Of a stretch of 35,506 bases of DNA, positions 9,208 to 18,924 are shown piece by piece. This DNA is from Sediminibacterium sp. (lineage in GTDB: Bacteria; Bacteroidota; Bacteroidia; Chitinophagales; Chitinophagaceae). The translations under genes were made by a program, and so were the position numbers. Below the pieces are notes generated by a model. That model made no database searches, had not been told where the DNA came from, and saw only the letters and a list, made by a program, of their open reading frames with translations. The DNA lies in assembly GCA_044239855.1 (NCBI GenBank), contig JBIIAP010000001.1:1-35506 (forward strand), read 5' to 3'. The first letter of the stretch is position 1. Every line of letters starts with the position of its first letter.

Positions 9208-10233
9208 TTACCACAATTTTCTCGGACATAGATCACCCCATTTGTTTCCTAATAAAAATCCTATTAAAATTTCGTGCGTTCCTTTGCTAACAGTATTTAA
9301 AACAGAGGTTTGCAAATCATAAGAGTATCCAATATTTATTGAATTGTTCAAATTAACCCCTATCATTCCCGCAAAACCATCTTTTAAACGATAGGAACCT
9401 CCTAGCCAAATCAGGTCCTGGTATTGAAACTTTGCATTTAAGTCTAACCCAATTGGTAATGGATTAATATACCTGATGAGTGTGGAGGGAAGTAAGGAAA
9501 CATCGTCGGACAATTGAATTCGATATCCTGCACTTAAAAATATGTGGGGAATTAATTTTCCTTGAGTTAATGATACGGAGTTGTTAGAAAATGCAATATT
9601 CTGAGGAATAATCTGTTGTGCTGCTAATCCAACGAAATAATTCTTGGAATACAACCAAAGACCAGCGCTCACATCTGGTTTAAATGTATTGATAACTCCA
9701 CTCCCAGAAACTGCCGGATCAACATTTACCGATCCGAAATTTAGTTTGGAAGCATCTAAACTAATATTAGTTACTCCTACAGAAATTCCCGCTGATAAAT
9801 TAGTTTGTGGGGAAATACCCAGATGATAAGCATAAGTTCCATAGGCAGCGAAACGATTTAAAGGCCCTGTCCTATCATTTAATATAGTAAGTCCTGCGCC
9901 ATGATGAGGTGCAGCAGCAGTATAATCTTGCCAATATGCTTCTCCCCTTGGATTTTCACCTCTAGCTCTAAAACTAGTTGCTGTTTCTCTGCCGTAATCA
10001 TTTTTACTTAATGGCCCATGCATGGTAATATAAGTGGTTACCGGTGCATCTTGTATGCCAACCCATTGCATGCGATGACTTGCTTTTACGTCCCAATAAT
10101 TTTCAATACCAGCAACCGCAGGATTAATAATATAATTATTCATTATATATTGTGTGTAATATGGACGTTGTTGGCCATCAACATTCAGTATATGTAACAC
10201 TATAAAAAATATAAATAAAAGCCTACCCTTCAT
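9208..10233 (-). CDS. type IX secretion system membrane protein PorP/SprF family
   Basis: Signal peptide followed by QQRPYYTQY...INPAVAG, RMQWVG..APVT, IGYSYD, GTHEI. Lies directly downstream of type-B CTD genes. Confidence 0.93.
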   Translation of the reverse strand: MKGRLLFIFFIVLHILNVDGQQRPYYTQYIMNNYIINPAVAGIENYWDVKASHRMQWVGIQDAPVTTYITMHGPLSKNDYGRETATSFRARGENPRGEAYWQDYTAAAPHHGAGLTILNDRTGPLNRFAAYGTYAYHLGISPQTNLSAGISVGVTNISLDASKLNFGSVNVDPAVSGSGVINTFKPDVSAGLWLYSKNYFVGLAAQQIIPQNIAFSNNSVSLTQGKLIPHIFLSAGYRIQLSDDVSLLPSTLIRYINPLPIGLDLNAKFQYQDLIWLGGSYRLKDGFAGMIGVNLNNSINIGYSYDLQTSVLNTVSKGTHEILIGFLLGNKWGDLCPRKLW

Positions 10234-10236
10234 TTC

Positions 10237-13200
10237 TTAACGTATTATAGTAACAGAACCGGAAATGATTTTGCTTCCGTTTCTTGGATTAATAATATAA
10301 TAATATGTGCCGACCGGTAAATTTTTTCCTTCAAAAGTTCCGTTCCAATTTACTGCATTTCCATTATGTTTAAATACAATTTGTCCAAATCTATTGATGA
10401 TCTCTACAGTGGCATTGGGGTAACTATCTAATTCCTTTATGCTCCAATAATCATTCAGTCCATCTCCATTAGGAGAAAAAGCATTCGGAATACTCATTTC
10501 TTTTTCTACTTTAATAAAGATATAATCATTTGATATACAGCCTTCTGTAGAAGTTACTTTAAGCTTATATAGAATATTGTCTGTTGCTGTAGTTATAGGA
10601 TTTACAATGTTGGTACTTGATAAAAAAGTACCCGGATTCCATTGGTAACTCAATCCATTTCCATAAACACTAATTGGGTTTAGTGTTAAAGAACCACCTT
10701 GTAATAAAGTTAGGGTATCTGTTAAATCAATAATTGGGTTAGGATAAACGGTGACTGACTGATAAAATGTATCACTTAAACAACCCGCTTGATTGATAAA
10801 ACTTAAGGCTATATTATTTATAGAGTTAGCCGTATCTGTTAGGGGTTGAATGGGATTTATATCTGAGGATTGAACTGTTTTTTCAAAATCCCAATGCCAT
10901 TGTGCTGATCCACTGGCGTTTGAAAAAGTATTACTTTGATTGCTAAATTCAACTGTATTGCCGGAACATACTGCAGATAAGGACGGAGTGAATTTAGCCT
11001 GGGGCTGAGAAAATACTTTAACAATTTTGGGGCTGGAGGCTTTGAAGCAGTTGATTCCTGAATACGCAATAAACTGAATTGAAAAACTATCGGGTATATT
11101 ACCCGGTACTAAATCAGGATATTTATTGGTAAAAGAATTTGTAACATTAGGTAAATAGGAAATGGTATCGTTGGGGAATTCTTTCAAATTCCAAATGATT
11201 TTATAATTAGTAAATTTTCCTGCGCTGAATAAGCTAGATTTATCCAGAATATTTATAGCTGCGGGTTGACAAATTGGCAAACTATTTTGCACCTCAAAAT
11301 CGGCATTGTTAACATCCGTATTAAGTACAATTGATTTAGTTATGGAGTCTTTGCACCCGTTGATTGAAGATACCAATTTGATAGTATAAGTATTAGCAGA
11401 AGGGTAAATCAAGGTATCTGTTTTCTTAATACTTTCAGCAGGTAGAGCCCCATCAAAGTACCAATTAGTTGAAGTAGGCAACCCATTAACTGGAGTTGTT
11501 TCATCTTTTAAAACAATTACATCTTTAATGCAAACATTGGGGGGAGTAAAATTAGCTTTAGGAGAAGGACTGATGGTACAATTTATACTGGTGATATCGC
11601 TGGTGCAACCTGTTGCAGTAACTACTTTTAAGGATACATTTTTTACACCGCTTGTACTGTACACTTTAGTTTTTACGATTGCAGGCAATAACGTATCAGA
11701 TGCCGTCCCGTCATTAAAGTCCCAGATTGCCCATTTCAATTGATTATTCGGACTACTATTTAATACAGTTGTTGTATTGGTGAAATTAATGTTGGTGTTG
11801 GTGCAATTGGGTGATGAAAAATTAAAATCAGCAGTGGGCTTATTTGATAAAAGTACAATAGATGATTTGGTAGCATAACATCCTAATTCATTGATTGCAG
11901 TAAGTTTAGTAAAAATACTGTCTTTGTTAAATCCCGAAAAAATCATCATAGAGCCAAGTGAATCATCAATAAAAATATCATTTATATCTCTAAACTGCCA
12001 TTTCCATCTAAATAAAGGGGTACCGGGTGACGTGGTAATATCTCTAAATTTGATAACAGAATCCTTGCATCCGGATGTTATATATTCAAAATCGGCCATT
12101 ACTGATTCTTTAACTAGAATACTATCTGAATATAAATTTTCAAAGCTGTTACTACAACCTTCGGTAACAATATTTACAGATGAAGCCGTTATAGAAATGG
12201 GGATGTAGCCGGTTTTACTTATAGTATACTGTTTAGGTAATTGATAAACATAATAGTTTTTTCCATTTGAATTAGTAATGGTTGGCGTAGGAACAGGAAA
12301 TATTTCTTCTTTACTATTAGGATTAATGGCAGGATTATCAAAAAAATCGACTACAATTTTATTTACTTCATAAGGTAAACTCAATTGAATTGAAAAGGGA
12401 GTTTCTTTGCAGGTTGCCAGATATTGTATATTGTTAGATTCATAAGGATTAACAATTTTTATTGGAGGGTTGTAATCCATTAATTTGGTACCCGCGTTGT
12501 ATCCATAACTTTCTACATCCCCCATTCCATAAGCAATTGCGATGAAGCCACTATCAGCAGTAATATTATGGCTGGGATTGTTTTCTGTGCTTGCTGTAAC
12601 ATCTTCTTGCAAATAGGCGTATTCAGAATTTAAAATTGGTTTCCAACTTGCAACAGGTGGTTTACCATCAATAGTTAGTTTAGGCGTGTTAGCTTTTTTC
12701 ATCACTACATTTAAATAATGTTTGATGATATTAGTAACAGGAGGAATTAAATCTTTTCGAGCAGAAACCACGGTAACATTATTGATGGTTTGTTCTAAAG
12801 GATTTAATATGATCATTTCGGGATCGCCTGGATTTGTTGGAATTCCATTACTTGAATACGTATTGCTAGCATCACAATCTTGGGGTGTCATATATTGTAC
12901 AACTAAAATGGGCTGATCGGCATCGATTACATTTGCAATTCCATTTTTTATTTCATAATATCCATTGGAATCATATGCTGATAGAGATAGTGTTGTACCG
13001 TTAACAGTAACTTTAGTAGAAGGATCTTTAACAATAATTCTAAAAATATCAAATTCTCTATTTGAAAAAGGAGCAGTTATATAATGATATCCCCAGGATC
13101 TTGAAGGGAATATTTGTTGAAATAAATTGTCACCGGATAAATTTGATGAACAATCAAAGGTAGTCCAATTACTGCCAGAGAATACTGCTAATGGCTTACA

Positions 13201-13851
13201 AGTATTGTTACCAGTTGAAATACTTTTAATAGTAGATCCGGTCAAATCTTCTTTGGATTGAATTTGGTATACATCTCCCTTATTTAATTTGATTGAATAA
13301 ACTTCTCCAGTATTCCTGACTATTGTACCAGAACTATTTCCAGTTAATTTAACTTCAACTGTTGTACTATCTTGAACAGCTAGAATAGTAATTTGACTTC
13401 TGGCTCCACTAAATGAAGTTTTATTTTGAGGACCATTTACCGATATATATTCCTTACCTAGGACATTTATTGGTAAAATAAGGGAGGATCCTGATCGAGC
13501 ATTATTCAATAAATGCGCAAAAACAACTATTGGATTTGCTGCTACTACCCTAATTCCTTTTCCTTTAGCTACTGAATCAGCCTGACCATTGTACACGTTG
13601 TATTTATTTGGAGAAATCGGTACAATTGTAGCTTTATTAGCGGTAACAACAAACGGAATCACTTGTCCATCTAATTGCACTAAACCGGTTGTATTTTCGG
13701 TTGAAGAAATATATAAAGCCATTCTAGAATCAGTACCATCTCTATGGGCAGGATACGCAATCCAGAATTCCTTTCCTTTATTAGAAAAATCCTGTGCATG
13801 TATAAATTCCGAGGCACACATTAACCATATAATCATCAACCATTTATACAT
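10237..13851 (-). CDS. large T9SS-secreted surface protein: IgGFc-binding-like N-terminal domain, PKD repeats, type-B (gliding motility-associated) CTD
   Basis: Signal peptide ending IHA|QDFSNKGKEFW; PKD-like WDFNDG/WHWDF; C-terminal IPNAFSPNGDGLND...GTYYY...GSVTIIR. The start at 13851 (MYKWL) is preferred over 13866. Confidence 0.88.
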   Translation of the reverse strand: MYKWLMIIWLMCASEFIHAQDFSNKGKEFWIAYPAHRDGTDSRMALYISSTENTTGLVQLDGQVIPFVVTANKATIVPISPNKYNVYNGQADSVAKGKGIRVVAANPIVVFAHLLNNARSGSSLILPINVLGKEYISVNGPQNKTSFSGARSQITILAVQDSTTVEVKLTGNSSGTIVRNTGEVYSIKLNKGDVYQIQSKEDLTGSTIKSISTGNNTCKPLAVFSGSNWTTFDCSSNLSGDNLFQQIFPSRSWGYHYITAPFSNREFDIFRIIVKDPSTKVTVNGTTLSLSAYDSNGYYEIKNGIANVIDADQPILVVQYMTPQDCDASNTYSSNGIPTNPGDPEMIILNPLEQTINNVTVVSARKDLIPPVTNIIKHYLNVVMKKANTPKLTIDGKPPVASWKPILNSEYAYLQEDVTASTENNPSHNITADSGFIAIAYGMGDVESYGYNAGTKLMDYNPPIKIVNPYESNNIQYLATCKETPFSIQLSLPYEVNKIVVDFFDNPAINPNSKEEIFPVPTPTITNSNGKNYYVYQLPKQYTISKTGYIPISITASSVNIVTEGCSNSFENLYSDSILVKESVMADFEYITSGCKDSVIKFRDITTSPGTPLFRWKWQFRDINDIFIDDSLGSMMIFSGFNKDSIFTKLTAINELGCYATKSSIVLLSNKPTADFNFSSPNCTNTNINFTNTTTVLNSSPNNQLKWAIWDFNDGTASDTLLPAIVKTKVYSTSGVKNVSLKVVTATGCTSDITSINCTISPSPKANFTPPNVCIKDVIVLKDETTPVNGLPTSTNWYFDGALPAESIKKTDTLIYPSANTYTIKLVSSINGCKDSITKSIVLNTDVNNADFEVQNSLPICQPAAINILDKSSLFSAGKFTNYKIIWNLKEFPNDTISYLPNVTNSFTNKYPDLVPGNIPDSFSIQFIAYSGINCFKASSPKIVKVFSQPQAKFTPSLSAVCSGNTVEFSNQSNTFSNASGSAQWHWDFEKTVQSSDINPIQPLTDTANSINNIALSFINQAGCLSDTFYQSVTVYPNPIIDLTDTLTLLQGGSLTLNPISVYGNGLSYQWNPGTFLSSTNIVNPITTATDNILYKLKVTSTEGCISNDYIFIKVEKEMSIPNAFSPNGDGLNDYWSIKELDSYPNATVEIINRFGQIVFKHNGNAVNWNGTFEGKNLPVGTYYYIINPRNGSKIISGSVTIIR

Positions 13852-13971
13852 ATAACTATCTATCATTTTATAGCATAAAAAGATTTTACAATATAAGCAA
13901 TCAACTATTAAATAAAATACAAAGAATACTTAAAATTTAATACTTCAAGTAATTGAAAATACATTAATCTA

Positions 13972-16900
13972 CTAGTTAATAATCGTTACAGATCCACTCA
14001 TTATATTAAGTCCATTTTTAGGATTAATTACAAAATAATAAGTGCCAACAGGCAATGGCTTTTGATTAAACTTCCCATCCCATGGCGTACTATAATTATC
14101 TGAATGGAAAACTTTTTGATTATAGCGATCAAATACATCTATTGAAGCATCCGGGTATCTATTGATGTGTTTAATTAACCAAAAATCGTTGATACCATCT
14201 CCATTAGGTGAAAATGCATTGGGCATTTCAGGTGGTTTTAACACCAATATAAAAACATCGTCAGATGCACTACAACCACCTTTTCCACTCACTTTTAGAG
14301 AATAAGTAATATCATCAGTAGCCGAACACCATGGATTTTGTTTATAAATATCATCCAACTGCGCACCAGGACTCCAAAAATAACTCAATGCTAATCCGGA
14401 CACTTCAGGAATCAGTTGAACTTTGTTACCTAAAATCAAGCTAATTTGGTCAGGCAATTTCACTGTTGGATTAGCTATAACGTTAAGACCAGCGCTAACA
14501 GTATCACTATTACAACCACTGGCATTCATAGTAAAAAAGTTGATACTTACATAGCCTGAATCTACAAAAGTTTTTTGGAATGAATTATTTGTTTCGATTC
14601 CTAAAGTACCCAAATCCCATTTCCATTTCACAGGGATACCTGTTAAACCATCTGTTAAGTCCTTAAAACTTACTTTATCACCAACACATATTTGATTGGC
14701 TGATTGATCAATTTTTGCTTTAGGTTGTGGATAAACTTTAATGGTTGCTTCTTTATAATCAGTACAACTCCCCCCTCCAGAATAGACAATGAATCTTATG
14801 GTATATTGTTGAGGTTGATTTTGTTGCAAATCGGGATATTGATGTGTAAATACCGTATCGAATTTAGGATAATCGAAGACATCCTTTATTTCAGGGTGAT
14901 TTAAAAAATCCCAATAAACTTCAATTGTAGTTATATTACCTACAGAGAGGGTTGATTTATTTTTAATACGAACTGCGGAAGGCAAACAAATTGGATCATT
15001 ATTTTGCACTTCAAAAGCTGCTTTGGGGTCAGATGCATTTACAAAGAAATCTTTTGATAGGGAATCAGTGCAACCATTGTTAGCAGTAACTTTTAATTTA
15101 GCAACATATAGCCCCGGAGTTTGGTATTCAATTGACGGATTTTTAATGTTAGAAAAATCGGGTGATCCCAAGTTGAAAGTCCAGTTATATAAAAACTGAG
15201 CTTCCGTATTATCAGATATAGAGCTATTGTCAATAAATGAAGCAAATGCATCTGCTAAACAAATTTTAGGGGTATTATACTTAATTACCGGGGTTGGTTT
15301 AATTGAAAAAACAGGTTGATAGATATCACTGGCACAACCTGTTTTGCTTCTAACTTTTAAGAAATTATTTTTTATTCCTTCTGTATTAAATTGTCGTGTT
15401 TGTAGAATATTAGTTAATAGGGAGTCTGGCGAAGTGCCATTATCAAAAGACCAGATCCAATTTGCAATGATGTTGTTATTTGAACTGTTAGAGTAGGTTG
15501 ACTGATCAATAAAATCAATTTTAGTTCCAATGCAATTCGGTGATGTAAAATTAAATTTGGCAATAGGCTTATCAGATAATTGAATGGTCTTAACCGTATC
15601 AGTAACACAACCATAATCGGTAATAGATCTAAATTTTACAATAGTTGTGTAGTTAGTTAAATTAATGATTGGATGCTGATCATTTGATAAAATCCCATTC
15701 CCAAAATCCCAAAACCATTTATAGGTAGATCTGCCAAAACCATTTGTTTCATCACTAAATGAAACAGGTGAATTAACACAACCATTTGTTGCAATAGAGA
15801 AATCAGCGATGGGTTGTTGATTAACTTCTATATTATCTTCTATAACCTGCTCATTATTACTACTGCATCCATCAGATATGGTAGTTGTAGCAGAAGCGAT
15901 AATTTTAACAGGAAATGAACCGGCAGTTTTAAATTCGAACGATTTAGGAATATAATATACATAATATGTTTTCCCATTAAAAGTATAGGAGGAATCAGCC
16001 CCACCGAGTTGAGGTCCATTAGGTAGATAGGTATAAGGATTAGTGCCTTTTAGATTATTATTAGCGCCAAAATCTACCACTAATTTATTGGCAGTATATG
16101 GCACTGCTATATACATTTTAAAAGGAGTATTTGTACAAGTTGCGGAATAACGAATTCCTGCACTGGCATAATCATTTTTAATATTAATTGGAGGATTTAA
16201 ATCAACAATATTGGTTCCCGCATTATATCCGTAACTTTCGGCAGCACCAAAACCGTAAGCAATCGCATTAAATCCACTATCGGAATATAGCGAATGAGCT
16301 CTACCGGAACTAACGGATAAAATGGCATAGGAATAACTATTATCTCCAGGATGCAAACTAAAGCTACCTGGTAACGGAGCTACACCGTCTAATGTAAAAC
16401 TATTTATTCCTTCATTTTTAATTATTACGTTAATGAAACTATTCGTTATTTGAAACTGTGAAGCAGAAAATAGGGTTATCTTATTAATTGTTTGTTCAAC
16501 CGGACTGAGGTAAATCATTTCTGGATCTCCACCACCAGCCGAAGGATTACCTTCCTGATTTTGCGATGTGCAATATTGAGCTACCAAAATAGGATTATCA
16601 GCTGTGATTATATTAGGAATAGGATTTCCTCCATTTCCTCCATTTTTAAATTCATAATAAAATTGATTGTTTAAATCTGTTAGCAGATTACCGTTTAACC
16701 ATACCTTAGTGTTTGGATCTTTTACACAAACTCTATAATAGTTGTTCGGTTGTGAACCTGTGGGTGCTGTTAAATAACGGTTTCCCCATGCATTTGAAGG
16801 AAAGGCTTGAGCAAAAAGATTGTCCGCACTTGTTTGAGGATTACCACCAATATTAATTTTACCAGATCCGGAAAATACTGCGATAGGTTTGCACCCCCCA

Positions 16901-17610
16901 TTTACGGACCCTGTACTAATTGACCTTATTTTAGAACCTGTTAAATCTGTACCATAATTTCCGGAAACAATGCCCATAACAGAATATATCTCGCCTTTAT
17001 TTAAGCTGATAATATTAGGTGTTAATGGGGGTAGATTATTTAAATTTAAGTCACTCGGCGTAATTTCTACTGTAGTACTATCCTCAGTTGCAACAATAAA
17101 GAAAAATGAATGTGCATTTTGTTCATTAGATCTTTGCGTATAATTTATGGAATAATAATCTTTCCCTAAAGTATTAGTTGGAAATAATAAAGATGCCCCA
17201 GAAATGCTATTATTATAAATGTGTGCATAGGCTACAACGGGTCTATCACTGTAGATATGGATACCTGAATTAAATTTACCTGGTCCTAGTATTCTTGCAT
17301 CCTGAGATCCACTTTTGGGAATCGGATCACTAATTGTTACTTGATTTGCAGCAACTGTATATTGTCTGGAATATCCCAATCCGGGAATCTCTACCGTTAC
17401 ATTCGCATTTTGGTCAGAGGTTAAATATAAAATTAAATCTTGCGCATTTAAATTATTAGAAGGACTACTTTGCCCCGGTGAATTAACCATTCTCACATGA
17501 AAACCGTATCCTAACCAAAAATCTTTTCCTTTATTAGAAAATTCCTGGGCAGTTAAGCTACCAAAATTTACTAAGGCTATAAAACATATGATAACTGGCC
17601 GCAAATTCAT
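13972..17610 (-). CDS. large T9SS-secreted surface protein, paralog of the adjacent gene (IgGFc-binding-like, PKD, type-B CTD)
   Basis: LTA|QEFSNKGKDFW; WFWDFGNG, WIWSFDNG; MPNAFSPNGDGIND...GTYYF...GSVTIIN. Confidence 0.88.
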   Translation of the reverse strand: MNLRPVIICFIALVNFGSLTAQEFSNKGKDFWLGYGFHVRMVNSPGQSSPSNNLNAQDLILYLTSDQNANVTVEIPGLGYSRQYTVAANQVTISDPIPKSGSQDARILGPGKFNSGIHIYSDRPVVAYAHIYNNSISGASLLFPTNTLGKDYYSINYTQRSNEQNAHSFFFIVATEDSTTVEITPSDLNLNNLPPLTPNIISLNKGEIYSVMGIVSGNYGTDLTGSKIRSISTGSVNGGCKPIAVFSGSGKINIGGNPQTSADNLFAQAFPSNAWGNRYLTAPTGSQPNNYYRVCVKDPNTKVWLNGNLLTDLNNQFYYEFKNGGNGGNPIPNIITADNPILVAQYCTSQNQEGNPSAGGGDPEMIYLSPVEQTINKITLFSASQFQITNSFINVIIKNEGINSFTLDGVAPLPGSFSLHPGDNSYSYAILSVSSGRAHSLYSDSGFNAIAYGFGAAESYGYNAGTNIVDLNPPINIKNDYASAGIRYSATCTNTPFKMYIAVPYTANKLVVDFGANNNLKGTNPYTYLPNGPQLGGADSSYTFNGKTYYVYYIPKSFEFKTAGSFPVKIIASATTTISDGCSSNNEQVIEDNIEVNQQPIADFSIATNGCVNSPVSFSDETNGFGRSTYKWFWDFGNGILSNDQHPIINLTNYTTIVKFRSITDYGCVTDTVKTIQLSDKPIAKFNFTSPNCIGTKIDFIDQSTYSNSSNNNIIANWIWSFDNGTSPDSLLTNILQTRQFNTEGIKNNFLKVRSKTGCASDIYQPVFSIKPTPVIKYNTPKICLADAFASFIDNSSISDNTEAQFLYNWTFNLGSPDFSNIKNPSIEYQTPGLYVAKLKVTANNGCTDSLSKDFFVNASDPKAAFEVQNNDPICLPSAVRIKNKSTLSVGNITTIEVYWDFLNHPEIKDVFDYPKFDTVFTHQYPDLQQNQPQQYTIRFIVYSGGGSCTDYKEATIKVYPQPKAKIDQSANQICVGDKVSFKDLTDGLTGIPVKWKWDLGTLGIETNNSFQKTFVDSGYVSINFFTMNASGCNSDTVSAGLNVIANPTVKLPDQISLILGNKVQLIPEVSGLALSYFWSPGAQLDDIYKQNPWCSATDDITYSLKVSGKGGCSASDDVFILVLKPPEMPNAFSPNGDGINDFWLIKHINRYPDASIDVFDRYNQKVFHSDNYSTPWDGKFNQKPLPVGTYYFVINPKNGLNIMSGSVTIIN

Positions 17611-17687
17611 TCAATATGGTTAAGTGATACTAAAGAACAACTAATTTCACAATTACAATGGAAAATTACAATTTATTAGATGCTGAA

Positions 17688-18317
17688 TTACTGATTTTCG
17701 TTGCTTATTAACAAATTAATAGCAGTTGGTCCTGCGCAAAAAAGTAAGTCAATAATACTCATATTCGTTTTAAAGCCAATTCTGTCTTCAAAAACCTGGA
17801 GATACTTTAGGTCACCTAGATTTGAATGCTGGTAATTTTTGGGTAAAATCTGATTCCTGTAATCCATAACAGGTGGTAAATAATTTGCTTGAAATGAATC
17901 AGTCAGTTGCACATTTAAATTGATTTTGCACTGTTTAAGCAGCCAATTGAGTAATTCCATATTAAGTTCTAATAAGCATTCATGTTTTTTATTTAAGATA
18001 TTAAACAAGGCATCTCTATAATATTCAAAAAATGGAGCCCGATTATAACAAGAATCAATGGTACGTTTATGCTGAATAATCCAATTCTCCCGATAAGATA
18101 TTTTTACAGCATGCATCAATTGTTTATGGTTTCTCCCATTTTCTATGGGTACAGTTAGCTGAATTAGTCCATTTGCACCAGGTATCACCGTTCTATTTCT
18201 AAAACTCATTTTTACAAAATAATCATGCGCTTCGATTTGAATATTATCATATTCAAATAATTTTTTATAATAATTAATAGTTCCAAAGTATTGACATTCA
18301 ATTAGTATACTACTCAT
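17688..18317 (-). CDS. WbqC family protein
   Basis: QYFG, FRNRTVI, LTVPI, YNRAPFFEYY, YLQVF, SIIDLLFCAGP. The start at 18317 (MSSILIE) is preferred over 18350. Confidence 0.88.
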   Translation of the reverse strand: MSSILIECQYFGTINYYKKLFEYDNIQIEAHDYFVKMSFRNRTVIPGANGLIQLTVPIENGRNHKQLMHAVKISYRENWIIQHKRTIDSCYNRAPFFEYYRDALFNILNKKHECLLELNMELLNWLLKQCKINLNVQLTDSFQANYLPPVMDYRNQILPKNYQHSNLGDLKYLQVFEDRIGFKTNMSIIDLLFCAGPTAINLLISNENQ

Positions 18318-18452
18318 ATTAAATATTTTAATTATTTTATTACAGATCATTAAAATTCAAATAACTATCAAAACCAATTAATAAAAATACATACTTAACA
18401 AAATAGTTTAATGAAAATTTGTAACCAATTTTTTACAAATGAATTAATACAA

Positions 18453-18460
18453 TAGTTTTG
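18453..18460 (+). promoter_or_regulatory. -7 promoter element for the LEA_2 gene
   Basis: TAGTTTTG, exact match 14 nt upstream of the TTG start. Confidence 0.6.
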
Positions 18461-18474
18461 AACAAATAATAGCA

Positions 18475-18924
18475 TTGAAAACGAAATTACTCTTTATAAC
18501 TGTAGGTTTATTTATAATAAATTCTTGCAGTAAACCTAAAGAATTTGAATACAGAGATATTAAAAACATTAAAATCAACACAATTGGTTTTAATCAATCA
18601 AAACTCACATTTGATTTGGTTTATTATAACCCCAATAATTTTGGGCTAAATCTATATAAAGCCAATAGCGATTTATATATCGATGATCTGTATTTTGGGA
18701 AATTTCAATTAGACACATTGATGCGTATAAACAAAGCAACTGAGTTTATTTTGCCCTTATCTATTGATGTTGACATGAAAAACCTATTGAAAAACTCAGT
18801 AAAATTGATGTTTAATCAAGAAGTTAATATACGAGCAAAAGGAACAGTTAAGATTGGCAAATCGGGCATTTCTACCAATGTACCATTTAATTATACCACT
18901 AAAAAAAGTCTAGCCATTTTTTAG
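18475..18924 (+). CDS. LEA type 2 / WHy domain lipoprotein
   Basis: TTG start, lipobox IINS|C, YNPNNF (NPN motif of LEA_2/WHy), beta-rich. Confidence 0.82.
   Translation: MKTKLLFITVGLFIINSCSKPKEFEYRDIKNIKINTIGFNQSKLTFDLVYYNPNNFGLNLYKANSDLYIDDLYFGKFQLDTLMRINKATEFILPLSIDVDMKNLLKNSVKLMFNQEVNIRAKGTVKIGKSGISTNVPFNYTTKKSLAIF

Noticed and set aside
10237-17610. Possible diversity-generating retroelement or recombination cassette between the two paralogous adhesins
   Set aside because: Similarity is at the protein level with extensive synonymous divergence. I saw no long near-identical nucleotide repeat with A-specific mismatches, and there is no reverse transcriptase or recombinase in the window.
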